54,983 bases of DNA, taken from contig JABUTA010000001.1 in assembly GCA_021443845.1 (NCBI GenBank), positions 1 through 54,983 on the forward strand. The letters run 5' to 3'. The notes beneath the pieces were generated by a model that was not told the DNA's origin, made no database searches, and saw only the letters and a program-made list of their open reading frames with translations. Source of the stretch: Parasporobacterium sp. (GTDB lineage Bacteria; Bacillota; Clostridia; Lachnospirales; Lachnospiraceae). How positions within the stretch are numbered: the first letter of the stretch is position 1; every line of letters begins with the position of its first letter. Shown here one piece after another: positions 1 to 9,869 of the stretch. Both the position numbers and the translations under genes were made by a program.

Positions 1-1
1 G

Positions 2-1828
2 AACAGGCTTGATAAAGAACTCAATTCGATTATTTCCAACGGTTATTCCGTTATGTATATAATTGCAAGGGAACTTGTTATAAAATCAGTATCCGACGGT
101 TACCTGGTAGGCTCCAGGGGATCTGTTGGGTCTTCATTTGTTGCTACAATGTCAGGGATTACTGAAGTAAATCCCCTGCCTCCTCATTACAGATGTCTGA
201 AATGCCGATACAGTGATTTTGATTCACCGGAGGTTAAAGCTTTCGGCGGAGGCTCCGGCTGTGATATGCCTGACAGGACATGTCCCGTATGCGGTGAACC
301 GCTGTATAAGGACGGTTATGATATTCCGTTTGAGACATTTCTCGGTTTCAAAGGAGATAAGGAACCTGATATAGATCTTAATTTTTCCGGAGAATATCAG
401 AGCAAAGCTCATGATTATACTGAGGTCATTTTCGGTAAAGGCCATACATTCCGGGCAGGAACAATAGCCACATTGCAGGACAAGACCATTTACGGTTACG
501 TTAAAGGCTATATGGAACACAGAAGCAGAAATGCCCGTAAATGTGAGATGAACAGGCTTGTACAGGGGCTTGTAGGTACTAAAAGGAGTACCGGACAGCA
601 CCCGGGAGGTATCGTAGTCCTTCCTCATGGTGAAGAAATCTATTCATTTACTCCTGTACAGCATCCTGCTAATGACGTCAATACCAATATAGTGACCACG
701 CATTTTGAATACCACAGTATAGACCATAACCTTCTGAAGCTGGATATTCTGGGGCATGATGATCCCACAATGATAAAAATGCTTGAGGATCTTACAGGCA
801 CGGATGCAAAGCAGATAAAAATGGATGATCCTACTGTAATGAAACTCTTTGAGAGTACGGAAATACTGGGAATCACTCCTGAAGATATATGCGGATATAA
901 GACCGGTACTCTGGGTATACCCGAGTTCGGTACAGACTTCACCATAGGAATGCTTCTGGATACAAAACCGAAAAATTTTTCTGATCTTGTAAGGATTGCG
1001 GGTCTTTCCCATGGTACGGATGTATGGCTTTCCAATGCAGAAACCCTTATAAAAGAAGGAAAGGCAACCCTTTCGTCATGTATATGTACCCGTGATGACA
1101 TTATGATCTATCTTATTCAGAAGGGAGTGGATCCGGCATTATCCTTTAATATCATGGAATCTGTGAGAAAGGGAAAGGTTGCAAAAGGAAAAGAGAAAAA
1201 ATGGCCTGAATGGGAAAAAGAACTTAAGGAACATGATGTTCCGGACTGGTATCTGTGGTCATGTACGAAAATCCAGTACATGTTCCCTAAAGCCCATGCA
1301 GTAGCATATGTCATGATGGCATACAGGATAGCATACTATAAGATTTTCTATCCTCTTGCATATTATGCAGCCTACTTCAGTATAAGGGCATCGGCATTTG
1401 ACTATGAACTCATGTGTCTGGGAAAAGAAAACCTTGTAAGAAACATGGATGCCATAAAGGCAAGAATATCTGCCAAAGAGGCCTCACCCAAGGATGAGCA
1501 GCTTCTGAAATACATGAATGTTGTTCTGGAAATGTACAGCAGGGGATTCGAATTTCTTCCAATAGACATTTACAGAGCCAGAGCATCCAGATTTCAGGTC
1601 ATTGACGGAAAACTTATGCCCTCTTTTGAATCAATAGACGGCATGGGTGATAAAGCTGCGGTCATGCTTGAGGAGGCGGCCAAGGGCGGAAAGTTCATGT
1701 CCAGGGAAGAATTCCGTACCCGTTCAAAGGTTTCATCCACATTGACAGATAAAATGTATAATCTGGGAATTCTTGGGGATATGCCTGAATCAAGTCAGAT
1801 GAGTATTACTGACTATTTCAAATTTTAG
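2..1828 (+). CDS. polC: DNA polymerase III PolC-type, C-terminal portion (5' end lies upstream of the window)
   Basis: Frame is open from the window edge (NRLDKELNSIISNGYSVMYIIARELV...). Translation shows a PolC-like Cys-rich CxxC...CPVC segment and the long polymerase core and tail. Stop at 1826-1828. Confidence 0.93.
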   Translation, partial: NRLDKELNSIISNGYSVMYIIARELVIKSVSDGYLVGSRGSVGSSFVATMSGITEVNPLPPHYRCLKCRYSDFDSPEVKAFGGGSGCDMPDRTCPVCGEPLYKDGYDIPFETFLGFKGDKEPDIDLNFSGEYQSKAHDYTEVIFGKGHTFRAGTIATLQDKTIYGYVKGYMEHRSRNARKCEMNRLVQGLVGTKRSTGQHPGGIVVLPHGEEIYSFTPVQHPANDVNTNIVTTHFEYHSIDHNLLKLDILGHDDPTMIKMLEDLTGTDAKQIKMDDPTVMKLFESTEILGITPEDICGYKTGTLGIPEFGTDFTIGMLLDTKPKNFSDLVRIAGLSHGTDVWLSNAETLIKEGKATLSSCICTRDDIMIYLIQKGVDPALSFNIMESVRKGKVAKGKEKKWPEWEKELKEHDVPDWYLWSCTKIQYMFPKAHAVAYVMMAYRIAYYKIFYPLAYYAAYFSIRASAFDYELMCLGKENLVRNMDAIKARISAKEASPKDEQLLKYMNVVLEMYSRGFEFLPIDIYRARASRFQVIDGKLMPSFESIDGMGDKAAVMLEEAAKGGKFMSREEFRTRSKVSSTLTDKMYNLGILGDMPESSQMSITDYFKF

Positions 1829-1871
1829 AAAATTATTATTAATACAAGTTTAATTTAACTGAAAAGAGGTA

Positions 1872-2723
1872 ATGGGTTATAATAAAACAGACCTGTTTTT
1901 ATCGGAAAGGCGGAATTATATGTTTATAGTAGATAACAGTTTATGTATTCAGTGCGGAACATGTGCTGCAGGATGTCCGAATCATGCCATTTCACTTGAA
2001 GACAATGAGATAAAGCATGATGCTTCCAGATGCAACAGCTGCGGTCATTGTCTTGCTCAGTGTCCGAGAGATGCCATTATGATAGACGGTGACGGATATG
2101 ACGTTGAAGAAGTTGAAGAATTCAGCAATCTGACAAAGCCAACTGCAAAGCAGATCAGAAGACAGATTATGATGCGTCGTTCTGTACGGCATTTTAATGA
2201 AGAGGAAGTAACTGAAGAAGAGCTTCAGCTGATCCTTGAAGCAGCAAAATATGCTCCTACGGCCAAGAACTGCCAGGACAACTTCCTGCTGGTAATAAAA
2301 AATCCCGAAAACCGGGCAGAACTTCTTGACAGGTCAATGGAAGTTATCGGACAGCTTGGCAAGGAGTTCATGGATAAGGTTCCTGGACTCGGTGCGTTTT
2401 TTACCATGAAATATAAAATGTACAAAGAAAACGGAGAAGACGGACTGTTCTATAATGCTCCTGTTGTGATATTTGTATTTTCCGGAAGTGACCTGGACGG
2501 CGCGTTCTGTGCAGCTTCAATGATGCAGATGATCGATGCACAGGAAATGGGAGGCTGCTATCTTCAGCTGGCTGCAGATCCCTTTAACAAGGATAAGGAA
2601 ATGAAGTCATACTATGAAATTCCCGAAGATAAAAAGTGTGTCATAGCAATTGCTCTCGGACATACTGATGATGAATATTTTTCTTCAGTACCGAGAAAGA
2701 ATGTTCCTGTAGTATGGAGGTAA
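1872..2723 (+). CDS. 4Fe-4S ferredoxin domain fused to nitroreductase-family domain
   Basis: Two CxxCxxCxxxCP motifs (CIQCGTCAAGCP, CNSCGHCLAQCP) followed by a nitroreductase-like RRSVRHF...APTAKN region. The start could instead be the ATG at 1920 (MFIVDNS...), which has better RBS spacing. Confidence 0.85.
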   Translation: MGYNKTDLFLSERRNYMFIVDNSLCIQCGTCAAGCPNHAISLEDNEIKHDASRCNSCGHCLAQCPRDAIMIDGDGYDVEEVEEFSNLTKPTAKQIRRQIMMRRSVRHFNEEEVTEEELQLILEAAKYAPTAKNCQDNFLLVIKNPENRAELLDRSMEVIGQLGKEFMDKVPGLGAFFTMKYKMYKENGEDGLFYNAPVVIFVFSGSDLDGAFCAASMMQMIDAQEMGGCYLQLAADPFNKDKEMKSYYEIPEDKKCVIAIALGHTDDEYFSSVPRKNVPVVWR

Positions 2724-2733
2724 TAACAGCTTA

Positions 2734-3426
2734 ATGATATTTGTAACCGGTGATACTCACAGAAAACTGGATATACAAAAACTGAATGAGGATAATTTTT
2801 CCGAACAGACCCTGATGGGAAGAGATGATTATCTTATAATCACCGGTGATTTCGGAGGTGTATGGTCCGGAGACAGTGCAGATGATGATATTCTTGATTA
2901 TCATGAGAATAAGAATTATACAACATTGTTTGTTGCAGGAAATCATGAAAATTATGATGCTCTTCAGACCTATCCTGTTAAAATGTGGCACGGTGGGCTT
3001 GTTCATGAAATAAGGGACCATGTTCTGCATCTGATGAACGGACAGATATATGAGATAAACGGAAAGACGTTCTTTGTTATGGGAGGGGCCACTTCTGTAG
3101 ACCGGATGTACAGGGTAGAACATGAAACCTGGTGGAAGGAAGAAGAGCCTTCCGAAAGCGATTTCCGTACTGCACTTTCCAATCTTTCAAGGCATGATAA
3201 CAAAGTTGATTACATTCTTTCCCATACAATACCGGAATCTGTAAGAAGAAGGGCCTTTGAACCCATAAAGGAATTTGTTGACTATGAAAGTCGGGTTGAA
3301 AAGTTTCTTGATGAGGTAATCCGGGATATTGAGTATACAAAATGGTTCGCAGGACACATACATATTGACCGGGAACTTATAAAATATCGTATAAGAATCG
3401 TATTTAACAGCATATTGATAATATGA
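2734..3426 (+). CDS. calcineurin-like metallophosphoesterase
   Basis: GDTH, GDFGG and GNHEN motifs occur in the canonical order. Confidence 0.85.
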   Translation: MIFVTGDTHRKLDIQKLNEDNFSEQTLMGRDDYLIITGDFGGVWSGDSADDDILDYHENKNYTTLFVAGNHENYDALQTYPVKMWHGGLVHEIRDHVLHLMNGQIYEINGKTFFVMGGATSVDRMYRVEHETWWKEEEPSESDFRTALSNLSRHDNKVDYILSHTIPESVRRRAFEPIKEFVDYESRVEKFLDEVIRDIEYTKWFAGHIHIDRELIKYRIRIVFNSILII

Positions 3427-3434
3427 ACATAATA

Positions 3435-3466
3435 GAAAAGCTTCTCACTTAAGTGAGAAGCTTTTC
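3435..3466. terminator. bidirectional stem-loop between the phosphoesterase gene and tRNA-Glu
   Basis: Perfect 32-nt palindrome gaaaagcttctcactt/aagtgagaagcttttc (about 14-bp stem, ttaa loop) with U-rich arm ends. It lies between convergent transcription units. Confidence 0.6.
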
Positions 3467-3470
3467 TGTG

Positions 3471-3542
3471 CAGCTCGTAGGGGAATCGAACCCCTGATTC
3501 AGCCTTGAGAGGGCTGCGTCTTAGCCGCTTGACCAACGAGCC
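3471..3542 (-). tRNA. tRNA-Glu (anticodon CUC), CCA not encoded
   Basis: The reverse complement GGCTCGTTGGTCAAGCGGCTAAGACGCAGCCCTCTCAAGGCTGAATCAGGGGTTCGATTCCCCTACGAGCTG folds by hand into a cloverleaf. It has a 7-bp acceptor stem (G1-U71 wobble), anticodon stem CAGCC/GGCTG with loop CTCTCAA, a 4-nt variable loop, and T arm AGGGG-TTCGATT-CCCCT. Confidence 0.9.
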
Positions 3543-3559
3543 ATATCCGATGCTGTTGT

Positions 3560-3588
3560 ATTATATATAAAGACCGTAAATAAATCAA
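3560..3588 (-). promoter_or_regulatory. sigma-A type promoter for tRNA-Glu
   Basis: On the minus strand: TTGATT (3583-3588), 17-nt spacer, TATAAT (3560-3565). The -10 element ends 17 nt upstream of the mature tRNA 5' end. Confidence 0.5.
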
Positions 3589-3753
3589 GGGGATTTTCTA
3601 TTTTATTTTTTTGTTAAATATTCACATTTTTGATTGGTACAATTCACAAATTAAAACAGGGACTACTGTCAAACCTTGTAATTTCTAAACAAAAAGCACA
3701 CCTGAAAACCTGAAATATGCCTGTTTTTAAAGGTTTTTCAGATTTTGCCAAGG

Positions 3754-3781
3754 TTGTTAATTTGCTTATAAGTGATATAAT
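3754..3781 (+). promoter_or_regulatory. candidate promoter abutting the GH25 start codon
   Basis: TTGTTA (3754-3759), 16-nt spacer, TGaTATAAT with TATAAT at 3776-3781. Only 6 nt separate the -10 element from the ATG at 3788. Confidence 0.45.
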
Positions 3782-3787
3782 GCACAT

Positions 3788-4633
3788 ATGGAAAAAAGAT
3801 ATAAAAACCGGAGCAGAACCATTTACAGGTTTATAAGAAAACATCCTATAGTGCCTGCAGCTGCTTCCGTATTTATTCTTGCTGCAGTGATTCTCACAAC
3901 AGTGATATCCTGCTCAGCGGCAAAGGGTACGCCGGGAACCGGTATTATTTTCAAAGATGATTTCTGGAAAACAGACAGCTCCGGATTCAGATATTATGAC
4001 TGTGAAGGGTATACAACTGTCAAAGGCATCGATGTTTCTGAATGGGTGGGAAATATTGATTTTAACGCCGTCAGAAATGCAGGCGCTGAGTATGTAATAA
4101 TAAGGGTCGGGTACAGAGGATATGTAACCGGAGCCTTTGTAGCGGATGTTAATCTTGATAAATATTTAAAAGATGCTTCAACGTCCGGTCTGAAGATCGG
4201 TTTATATTTTGTTTCCCAGGCTGTTGATGAACAGGAGGCCATAGAAGAGGCAGAGTATTGTCTGAAAGCTGCTGGAGGCTATGATATTGAAATGCCTGTC
4301 TATATCGATATGGAACCGGTTTATGATACTGCCAGAACGGATCATCTGTCCAGGAGTGATTATACCCGGATTGCTGATGCATTCTGCAGGAAAATTGAGG
4401 ACGCGGGTCTAAAAGGCGGCATATATGCCAATGAAAAATGGTTTGATGAAAATCTTGATTTCACAAAAATAAGACAGTATGATATCTGGCTTGCGAAATA
4501 TTCGGATACACCTTCCACTTCTCTTGCAATCGATATGTGGCAGTATTCCTGTGAGGGTAATGTTGCCGGTGCCGAAGGCCTGGTGGATCTGAACGCCAGA
4601 GTTATCAGAAATTCTGAAAATAACGGAACATAA
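3788..4633 (+). CDS. GH25 muramidase (lysozyme), membrane-anchored or lipoprotein
   Basis: GIDVSEWVGNIDFNAVRNAGAEYVIIRVGYRG and downstream DMWQYS resemble the GH25 fold. The N-terminus has a basic region, a hydrophobic stretch and a possible lipobox VISC. Confidence 0.85.
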   Translation: MEKRYKNRSRTIYRFIRKHPIVPAAASVFILAAVILTTVISCSAAKGTPGTGIIFKDDFWKTDSSGFRYYDCEGYTTVKGIDVSEWVGNIDFNAVRNAGAEYVIIRVGYRGYVTGAFVADVNLDKYLKDASTSGLKIGLYFVSQAVDEQEAIEEAEYCLKAAGGYDIEMPVYIDMEPVYDTARTDHLSRSDYTRIADAFCRKIEDAGLKGGIYANEKWFDENLDFTKIRQYDIWLAKYSDTPSTSLAIDMWQYSCEGNVAGAEGLVDLNARVIRNSENNGT

Positions 4634-4657
4634 ATATTGATGTTAATGTTTATAGTT

Positions 4658-4677
4658 TGAAGGGAATTGTCCCTTCA
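4658..4677 (+). terminator. weak stem-loop downstream of the GH25 gene
   Basis: tgaaggga-attg-tcccttca forms an 8-bp stem, but there is no clear U tract. Confidence 0.35.
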
Positions 4678-4712
4678 GTATTATACAAAAAAGAGAAAGG
4701 GAGTATAAATAT

Positions 4713-5906
4713 ATGCTCAACAAGAAAACAGTAGACGATATTAATGTAAAAGGTAAAAACGTCCTTGTAAGATGTGATTTTAACGTTCCTGTTAAAGATG
4801 GCGTCATTACAGATGAAACTCGTATCACTGCAGCACTTCCTACTATCCGCAAACTTGTTGCTGACGGAGGCAGAGTGATTTTATGCTCACATATGGGTAA
4901 GCCTAAGGGACAGGTTAAGAAGGAATTATCTCTTGCACCTGTTGCTGACAGACTTTCAGAACTTCTCGGACAGCCTGTAAAATTTGCCTGCGATGATGAA
5001 GTAGTAGGCGTTAATGCAAAGGCTGCTGCTGCAGAAATGAAAGACGGAGAAGTTATTCTTCTCGAAAACACGAGATTCCGTCCGGAAGAGGAAAAGAACG
5101 GTGAAAATCTTTCAAAAGACCTTGCATCACTTGCATCCGTTTATGTTAATGATGCTTTCGGTACAGCTCACAGAGCCCATGCATCAACAGCAGGTGTGAC
5201 ATCTTATGTAGATGAAGCGGTAGTAGGTTACCTTATGGAAAAGGAGATCAATTTCCTCGGAAATGCGGTTGATGATCCTGTTCGTCCTTTTGCAGCCATC
5301 CTGGGAGGATCAAAGGTTTCTTCCAAGATATCAGTTATCAATAATCTGCTGGAAAAGGTTGATGTACTCATTATCGGAGGCGGAATGGGTTATACATTTG
5401 TAAAGGCAGCAGGCGGAAGCATCGGTAAATCCCTCCTTGAAGAAGATTACCTTGAATATGCTTCTGAAATGGTTAAGAAGGCAGAAGAAAAAGGCGTTAA
5501 GCTTCTTCTTCCTGTAGACTGCATTATCGCATCTGAGATTTCAGATGATGCAGAAACAGCTGTTTCTCCTGTAAATGCGATCCCTGATGATAAAATGGGG
5601 CTTGATATCGGACCTGAAACCATAAAAATGTTCAGGGATGCCGTTAAAGACTGCAGGACAGTTATCTGGAACGGACCTATGGGTGTATTTGAAACACCGA
5701 AATTCGCAAAAGGAACAGAGGCTATTGCAGAAACTCTTGCAGAGCTTGACGCTACCACAATTATCGGCGGCGGTGACAGTGCTGCAGCAGTAAATCAGCT
5801 GGGATTTGGTGATAAGATGTCCCACATCTCCACAGGCGGCGGGGCTTCACTTGAATTCCTTGAAGGAAAAGAGCTTCCGGGCGTAGCAGTTATAGCAGAA
5901 AAATAA
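4713..5906 (+). CDS. pgk: phosphoglycerate kinase
   Basis: [15 protein letters not shown]-terminus and full-length Pgk-like translation. GGGAG RBS lies upstream. Confidence 0.96.
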   Translation: MLNKKTVDDINVKGKNVLVRCDFNVPVKDGVITDETRITAALPTIRKLVADGGRVILCSHMGKPKGQVKKELSLAPVADRLSELLGQPVKFACDDEVVGVNAKAAAAEMKDGEVILLENTRFRPEEEKNGENLSKDLASLASVYVNDAFGTAHRAHASTAGVTSYVDEAVVGYLMEKEINFLGNAVDDPVRPFAAILGGSKVSSKISVINNLLEKVDVLIIGGGMGYTFVKAAGGSIGKSLLEEDYLEYASEMVKKAEEKGVKLLLPVDCIIASEISDDAETAVSPVNAIPDDKMGLDIGPETIKMFRDAVKDCRTVIWNGPMGVFETPKFAKGTEAIAETLAELDATTIIGGGDSAAAVNQLGFGDKMSHISTGGGASLEFLEGKELPGVAVIAEK

Positions 5907-5925
5907 GTTAAAGAGGTTATATAAA

Positions 5926-6675
5926 ATGAGAAAAATTATTGCAGCAGGCAACTGGAAAATGAACAAGACTCCACAGGAAGCAGAAGCACTTATCACAGAA
6001 CTTCTTCCTCTGGTGAATAATGATGACGTAGATGTTATTTTCTGCGTACCATTTATTGACATTCCCGTAGCTATTGAAATGCTGAAGGGCAGCAATGTAT
6101 CAGTAGGTGCACAGAACATGCATTTTGAAGACAAGGGCGCTTTTACAGGAGAAATATCAGCAAAAATGCTGTATGAGTGCGGTGTTGAATATGTTATCAT
6201 CGGACATTCTGAGCGGAGACAGTATTTTGCTGAAACCGATGAAACAGTTAACAGGAAAATCCTTCAGGCTTTCGCCAATGAACTTATCCCTATAGTTTGC
6301 TGTGGTGAAACTCTGGAACAGAGAGAAGAAGGAATCACACTTGACTGGATCAAAGGCCAGATCACAAATGCATTTGTTAACGTATCTGCAGAGCAGGCAA
6401 AGGAAACAATTATTGCATATGAACCTATCTGGGCTATCGGCACAGGCAAGGTTGCCACAAAAGAACAGGCAGAGGAAGTATGTAAATTCATCCGCGAAAC
6501 TATCGCAGGCCTTTACGGACAGGAAGTTGCTGAAGAAATCCGTATTCTTTACGGCGGATCTGTATCAGGTGATTCGGCTCCGGAACTTTTTGCAATGGAA
6601 GACATCGACGGTGGTCTTGTAGGCGGAGCTGCTCTCAAGGCGGATTTTGGACGTATAGTAAATTACAATAAATAA
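5926..6675 (+). CDS. tpiA: triose-phosphate isomerase
   Basis: [15 protein letters not shown] and [10 protein letters not shown] motifs. Confidence 0.96.
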   Translation: MRKIIAAGNWKMNKTPQEAEALITELLPLVNNDDVDVIFCVPFIDIPVAIEMLKGSNVSVGAQNMHFEDKGAFTGEISAKMLYECGVEYVIIGHSERRQYFAETDETVNRKILQAFANELIPIVCCGETLEQREEGITLDWIKGQITNAFVNVSAEQAKETIIAYEPIWAIGTGKVATKEQAEEVCKFIRETIAGLYGQEVAEEIRILYGGSVSGDSAPELFAMEDIDGGLVGGAALKADFGRIVNYNK

Positions 6676-6690
6676 TAATTATTTCATACT

Positions 6691-7275
6691 ATGATCAGCT
6701 TTATAAAAGGTACCGTTTCTTATACAGGGGACAGTTTTATAATTCTTGATTGTCATGATATAGGGTTTCATGTATTCATGCCTTCTACAGCTTTATATAA
6801 GCTGTCAGAAGGCATGAATGTTGCTATATACACTCATCTGGCAGTCAGGGAAGATGACATGTCTTTATATGGATTTCTTGATTATGAAGACCTGAATATG
6901 TTCAAAAAGCTTATTACCGTCAGCGGTGTGGGTCCTAAGGGGGCTTTAGGCATAATGTCGTCTATTTCTACTGACGATCTGAAGACGGCTATTGCATCCG
7001 GTGATGCAAAGCTGATTGCAGGATCTAAAGGAATAGGCCTGAAAACAGCCCAGAAGCTTGTTGTGGATCTTAAAAGCAAGTTTAAAAATGAAGTTTCTGT
7101 GATTTCAGTTGCAAAACAGGCCTCAGATGATAATATCAATACGGCAGTCATGTTTGCCGAGTCAACAGGTATATCCAGATCACAGTGTATGAAAGCATTG
7201 TCTGCCGCCGGGGTGCCGGATGGTGCGGATGTGGATACTCTTATAGATCTTATTTTCAGAAATTTAAATGTATAG
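6691..7275 (+). CDS. ruvA: Holliday junction branch migration complex subunit RuvA
   Basis: MISFIKGTV... N-terminus, helix-hairpin-helix region VSGVGPKGALGI, and position directly upstream of ruvB. Confidence 0.93.
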   Translation: MISFIKGTVSYTGDSFIILDCHDIGFHVFMPSTALYKLSEGMNVAIYTHLAVREDDMSLYGFLDYEDLNMFKKLITVSGVGPKGALGIMSSISTDDLKTAIASGDAKLIAGSKGIGLKTAQKLVVDLKSKFKNEVSVISVAKQASDDNINTAVMFAESTGISRSQCMKALSAAGVPDGADVDTLIDLIFRNLNV

Positions 7276-7282
7276 GTGATAA

Positions 7283-8281
7283 ATGCCAAGAGAAAATGCA
7301 ATAAATACCAATATTGTGCCTGAAGAAAGAGAGTCTGAAAACAATTTAAGACCCAAAAGCTTTGATATGTATATCGGGCAGAATAAGATAAAGGAAAATC
7401 TCAGGATTTATATCAAGGCAGCCAATGACCGTCACGAGCCTATTGATCATATATTGCTGTATGGTCCTCCCGGTCTGGGCAAGACAACACTTGCGGGAAT
7501 CATTGCAAATGAAATGAATCGCAATATGAAGATAGTTGCAGGTCCTTCAATAGAATATCCCGGAGAAATTCTTGCTATCATCAAGCAGCTTCCGAAGGGA
7601 GGCGTATTGTTTGTTGATGAAATTCACAGACTCAGCAAGCCGGTTGAAGAGGCTTTATATTCTGTTATGGAAGATTTTGCTTTCGATGCCGTTCTTGAAA
7701 ACGGCGAGCAGACAATAGTCCGGAGGATATCTGTTGATCCCTTTACTCTTATAGGAGCTACCACAAGAGCAGGACTTCTTTCGGCCCCGCTTAGGGACAG
7801 GTTCGGTATTGTACACAGAATGGAATATTACGAGCCTCATGAACTGGCTCAGATAGTATCCAATTCAGCCGTTAAACTTAATGCCGATATAGACAGAGAA
7901 GGTGCTCTGGAAATCGGAAGATGTTCCAGAGGAACCCCGAGAATAGCCAACAGAATTCTGCGCAGGGTCAGAGATTATGCCCAGGTTAAATATGACGGCT
8001 GTATTACCGGACAGATTGTTGATGAAGCACTTGAACTTCTCGATATCGATAACAGGGGACTGGATTTTACGGATCGCCTGATTTTGGGGACAATGATCAG
8101 TAAATTTATGGGAGGACCTGTAGGTCTGGATACTCTCTCCGCTGCCATAGGAGAGGATCCCGGTACCATTGAAGATGTATATGAGCCATATCTGGTGAAA
8201 TGCGGTTTTATTAACAGAACACCAAGGGGAAGAATGGCAACAGATCTTGCATATAAACATTTAGGACTTAAGAATGGCTGA
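7283..8281 (+). CDS. ruvB: Holliday junction DNA helicase RuvB
   Basis: LRPKSFDMYIGQ, Walker A GPPGLGKTT and Walker B FVDEIHR. Confidence 0.96.
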   Translation: MPRENAINTNIVPEERESENNLRPKSFDMYIGQNKIKENLRIYIKAANDRHEPIDHILLYGPPGLGKTTLAGIIANEMNRNMKIVAGPSIEYPGEILAIIKQLPKGGVLFVDEIHRLSKPVEEALYSVMEDFAFDAVLENGEQTIVRRISVDPFTLIGATTRAGLLSAPLRDRFGIVHRMEYYEPHELAQIVSNSAVKLNADIDREGALEIGRCSRGTPRIANRILRRVRDYAQVKYDGCITGQIVDEALELLDIDNRGLDFTDRLILGTMISKFMGGPVGLDTLSAAIGEDPGTIEDVYEPYLVKCGFINRTPRGRMATDLAYKHLGLKNG

Positions 8282-9869
8282 TGTTTTTTTTACAGTATCT
8301 AAATATCTTATACTCCTGTGTCTTGTTATTTTTACCATAGTATCATTCAGGGCACAGAAAGATGTTCCGGACGAACTGAAAACCGGAGTTTTCAAAACAC
8401 AGAGGATAATGGTAATTGCCATACACGGAGTTGCCTTTTTTGATATATGCCTTAATATACTGCTGGGTAATGCTCAGCTGAATATCTGGGCAATTCTCGG
8501 ATTTTACGGTGCTCAGCTGGCATACCTTCTTATTATGATGCTGTTTATTCCCCGTATCATGAGATTCAATCAGGGTATAAACAACGTTATGAGTATGTTC
8601 CTTGCCATAGGTTTTATCATTCAGACCAGGCTGGATTTCAGCAATTCTGTCAAGCAGTTCATTATAGTTGCCGTAGGATCGGCGGTACTGATATTTATAT
8701 GTGTCATTTTCAGAAAAGCATCTTTTCTGAAAAATCTTACATGGATATATTGTATAGCCGGCATGGCACTTCTTATGCTGGTGCTGGTGCTTTCCACTGT
8801 TTCAAGAGGTGCAAAGCTTTCTCTTGACCTGGGCCCGTTTTCATTTCAGCCTCTTGAATTCGTAAAAATTCTGTTTGTACTGTTCACTGCAGGAGCATTT
8901 TATAAATCTGTCTCATTTAAAAATATCATACTGACAGCAGTATGTGCAGCAGTGCATATACTGATTCAGGTTTTCTGCAGGGATCTGGGTTCTGCTTTTA
9001 TATTATTTTTTATATATCTGCTTATGCTTTATGTAGCTACCCACAGATTCGGTTATGTAATACTGGGTTCAGTCGCTTTCGCAGGGGCAGCTGTAATAGC
9101 ATATAAAATGTTTTCCCATGTTCGTGAAAGAGTCACAATATGGCTGAATCCCTGGGATGATATTAACAGCAGCGGATATCAGATTGCCCAGTCCCTGTTT
9201 GCGATCGGAACAGGGGGCTGGTTTGGTTCAGGTCTTTTTCACGGAAAACCGGAACATATTCCCCTTGTGTCCAAGGATATGATCATATCGGCAATTTCCG
9301 AGGAAATGGGTACCATTTTTTCAATATTCCTTATTATACTGTGCCTGTGCTTCACATTGATGATATTCAGGGCTGCGATGCGTGTTAATAATCTGTTTTA
9401 CAAACTTATAGCATTCGGTCTCGGAGTTTCATACATAGTTCAGGTATTTCTCACAGTAGGGGGTGCTTTCAAATTTATACCTCTTACGGGTGTCACTCTT
9501 CCTTTTATTTCCAGCGGCGGCAGTTCCATAATAGCATCAATGGCTATGACAGGCATTATTCAGGCTGTGTACCTGCTTTCGGAAGCTGATGTTGCGATGG
9601 AAAGAAAGATGGTAGCATCAGGGGCGGATATTTATGAATTTGCAGGATATGAGGATCTGGCGGAGGATACCGATGAGTATGATGAACCATATCCTGATGT
9701 TATCCCAGAAAATTACAGACAGGGTTTAAGTTCCATTGATGAGCATGTTGAGGAATATTATTCAGATGATAATATTCCTGACGAATATCAGGATGAATAT
9801 CCGGAAGAACCTGTAAGGATTAACAGAACAATCAAACATTATAATTCAGATGACATACGATACAGATAA
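8274..9869 (+). CDS. SEDS family (FtsW/RodA/SpoVE) peptidoglycan polymerase with 96-aa acidic C-terminal tail
   Basis: Polytopic membrane protein with SEDS-like FQPLEFVKI, GTGGWFGSG and TLPFISSGGSS motifs. The start overlaps the ruvB stop by 8 nt. Confidence 0.88.
   Translation: MADVFFTVSKYLILLCLVIFTIVSFRAQKDVPDELKTGVFKTQRIMVIAIHGVAFFDICLNILLGNAQLNIWAILGFYGAQLAYLLIMMLFIPRIMRFNQGINNVMSMFLAIGFIIQTRLDFSNSVKQFIIVAVGSAVLIFICVIFRKASFLKNLTWIYCIAGMALLMLVLVLSTVSRGAKLSLDLGPFSFQPLEFVKILFVLFTAGAFYKSVSFKNIILTAVCAAVHILIQVFCRDLGSAFILFFIYLLMLYVATHRFGYVILGSVAFAGAAVIAYKMFSHVRERVTIWLNPWDDINSSGYQIAQSLFAIGTGGWFGSGLFHGKPEHIPLVSKDMIISAISEEMGTIFSIFLIILCLCFTLMIFRAAMRVNNLFYKLIAFGLGVSYIVQVFLTVGGAFKFIPLTGVTLPFISSGGSSIIASMAMTGIIQAVYLLSEADVAMERKMVASGADIYEFAGYEDLAEDTDEYDEPYPDVIPENYRQGLSSIDEHVEEYYSDDNIPDEYQDEYPEEPVRINRTIKHYNSDDIRYR

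Noticed and set aside
1872-4633. tRNA-Glu flanked by accessory-looking genes (nitroreductase fusion, phosphoesterase, GH25 lysozyme) as a possible tRNA-targeted genomic island.
   Set aside because: There is no integrase, no direct repeat of the tRNA 3' end, no phage or mobility genes and no visible compositional break. The genes are flanked by polC and pgk core genes.
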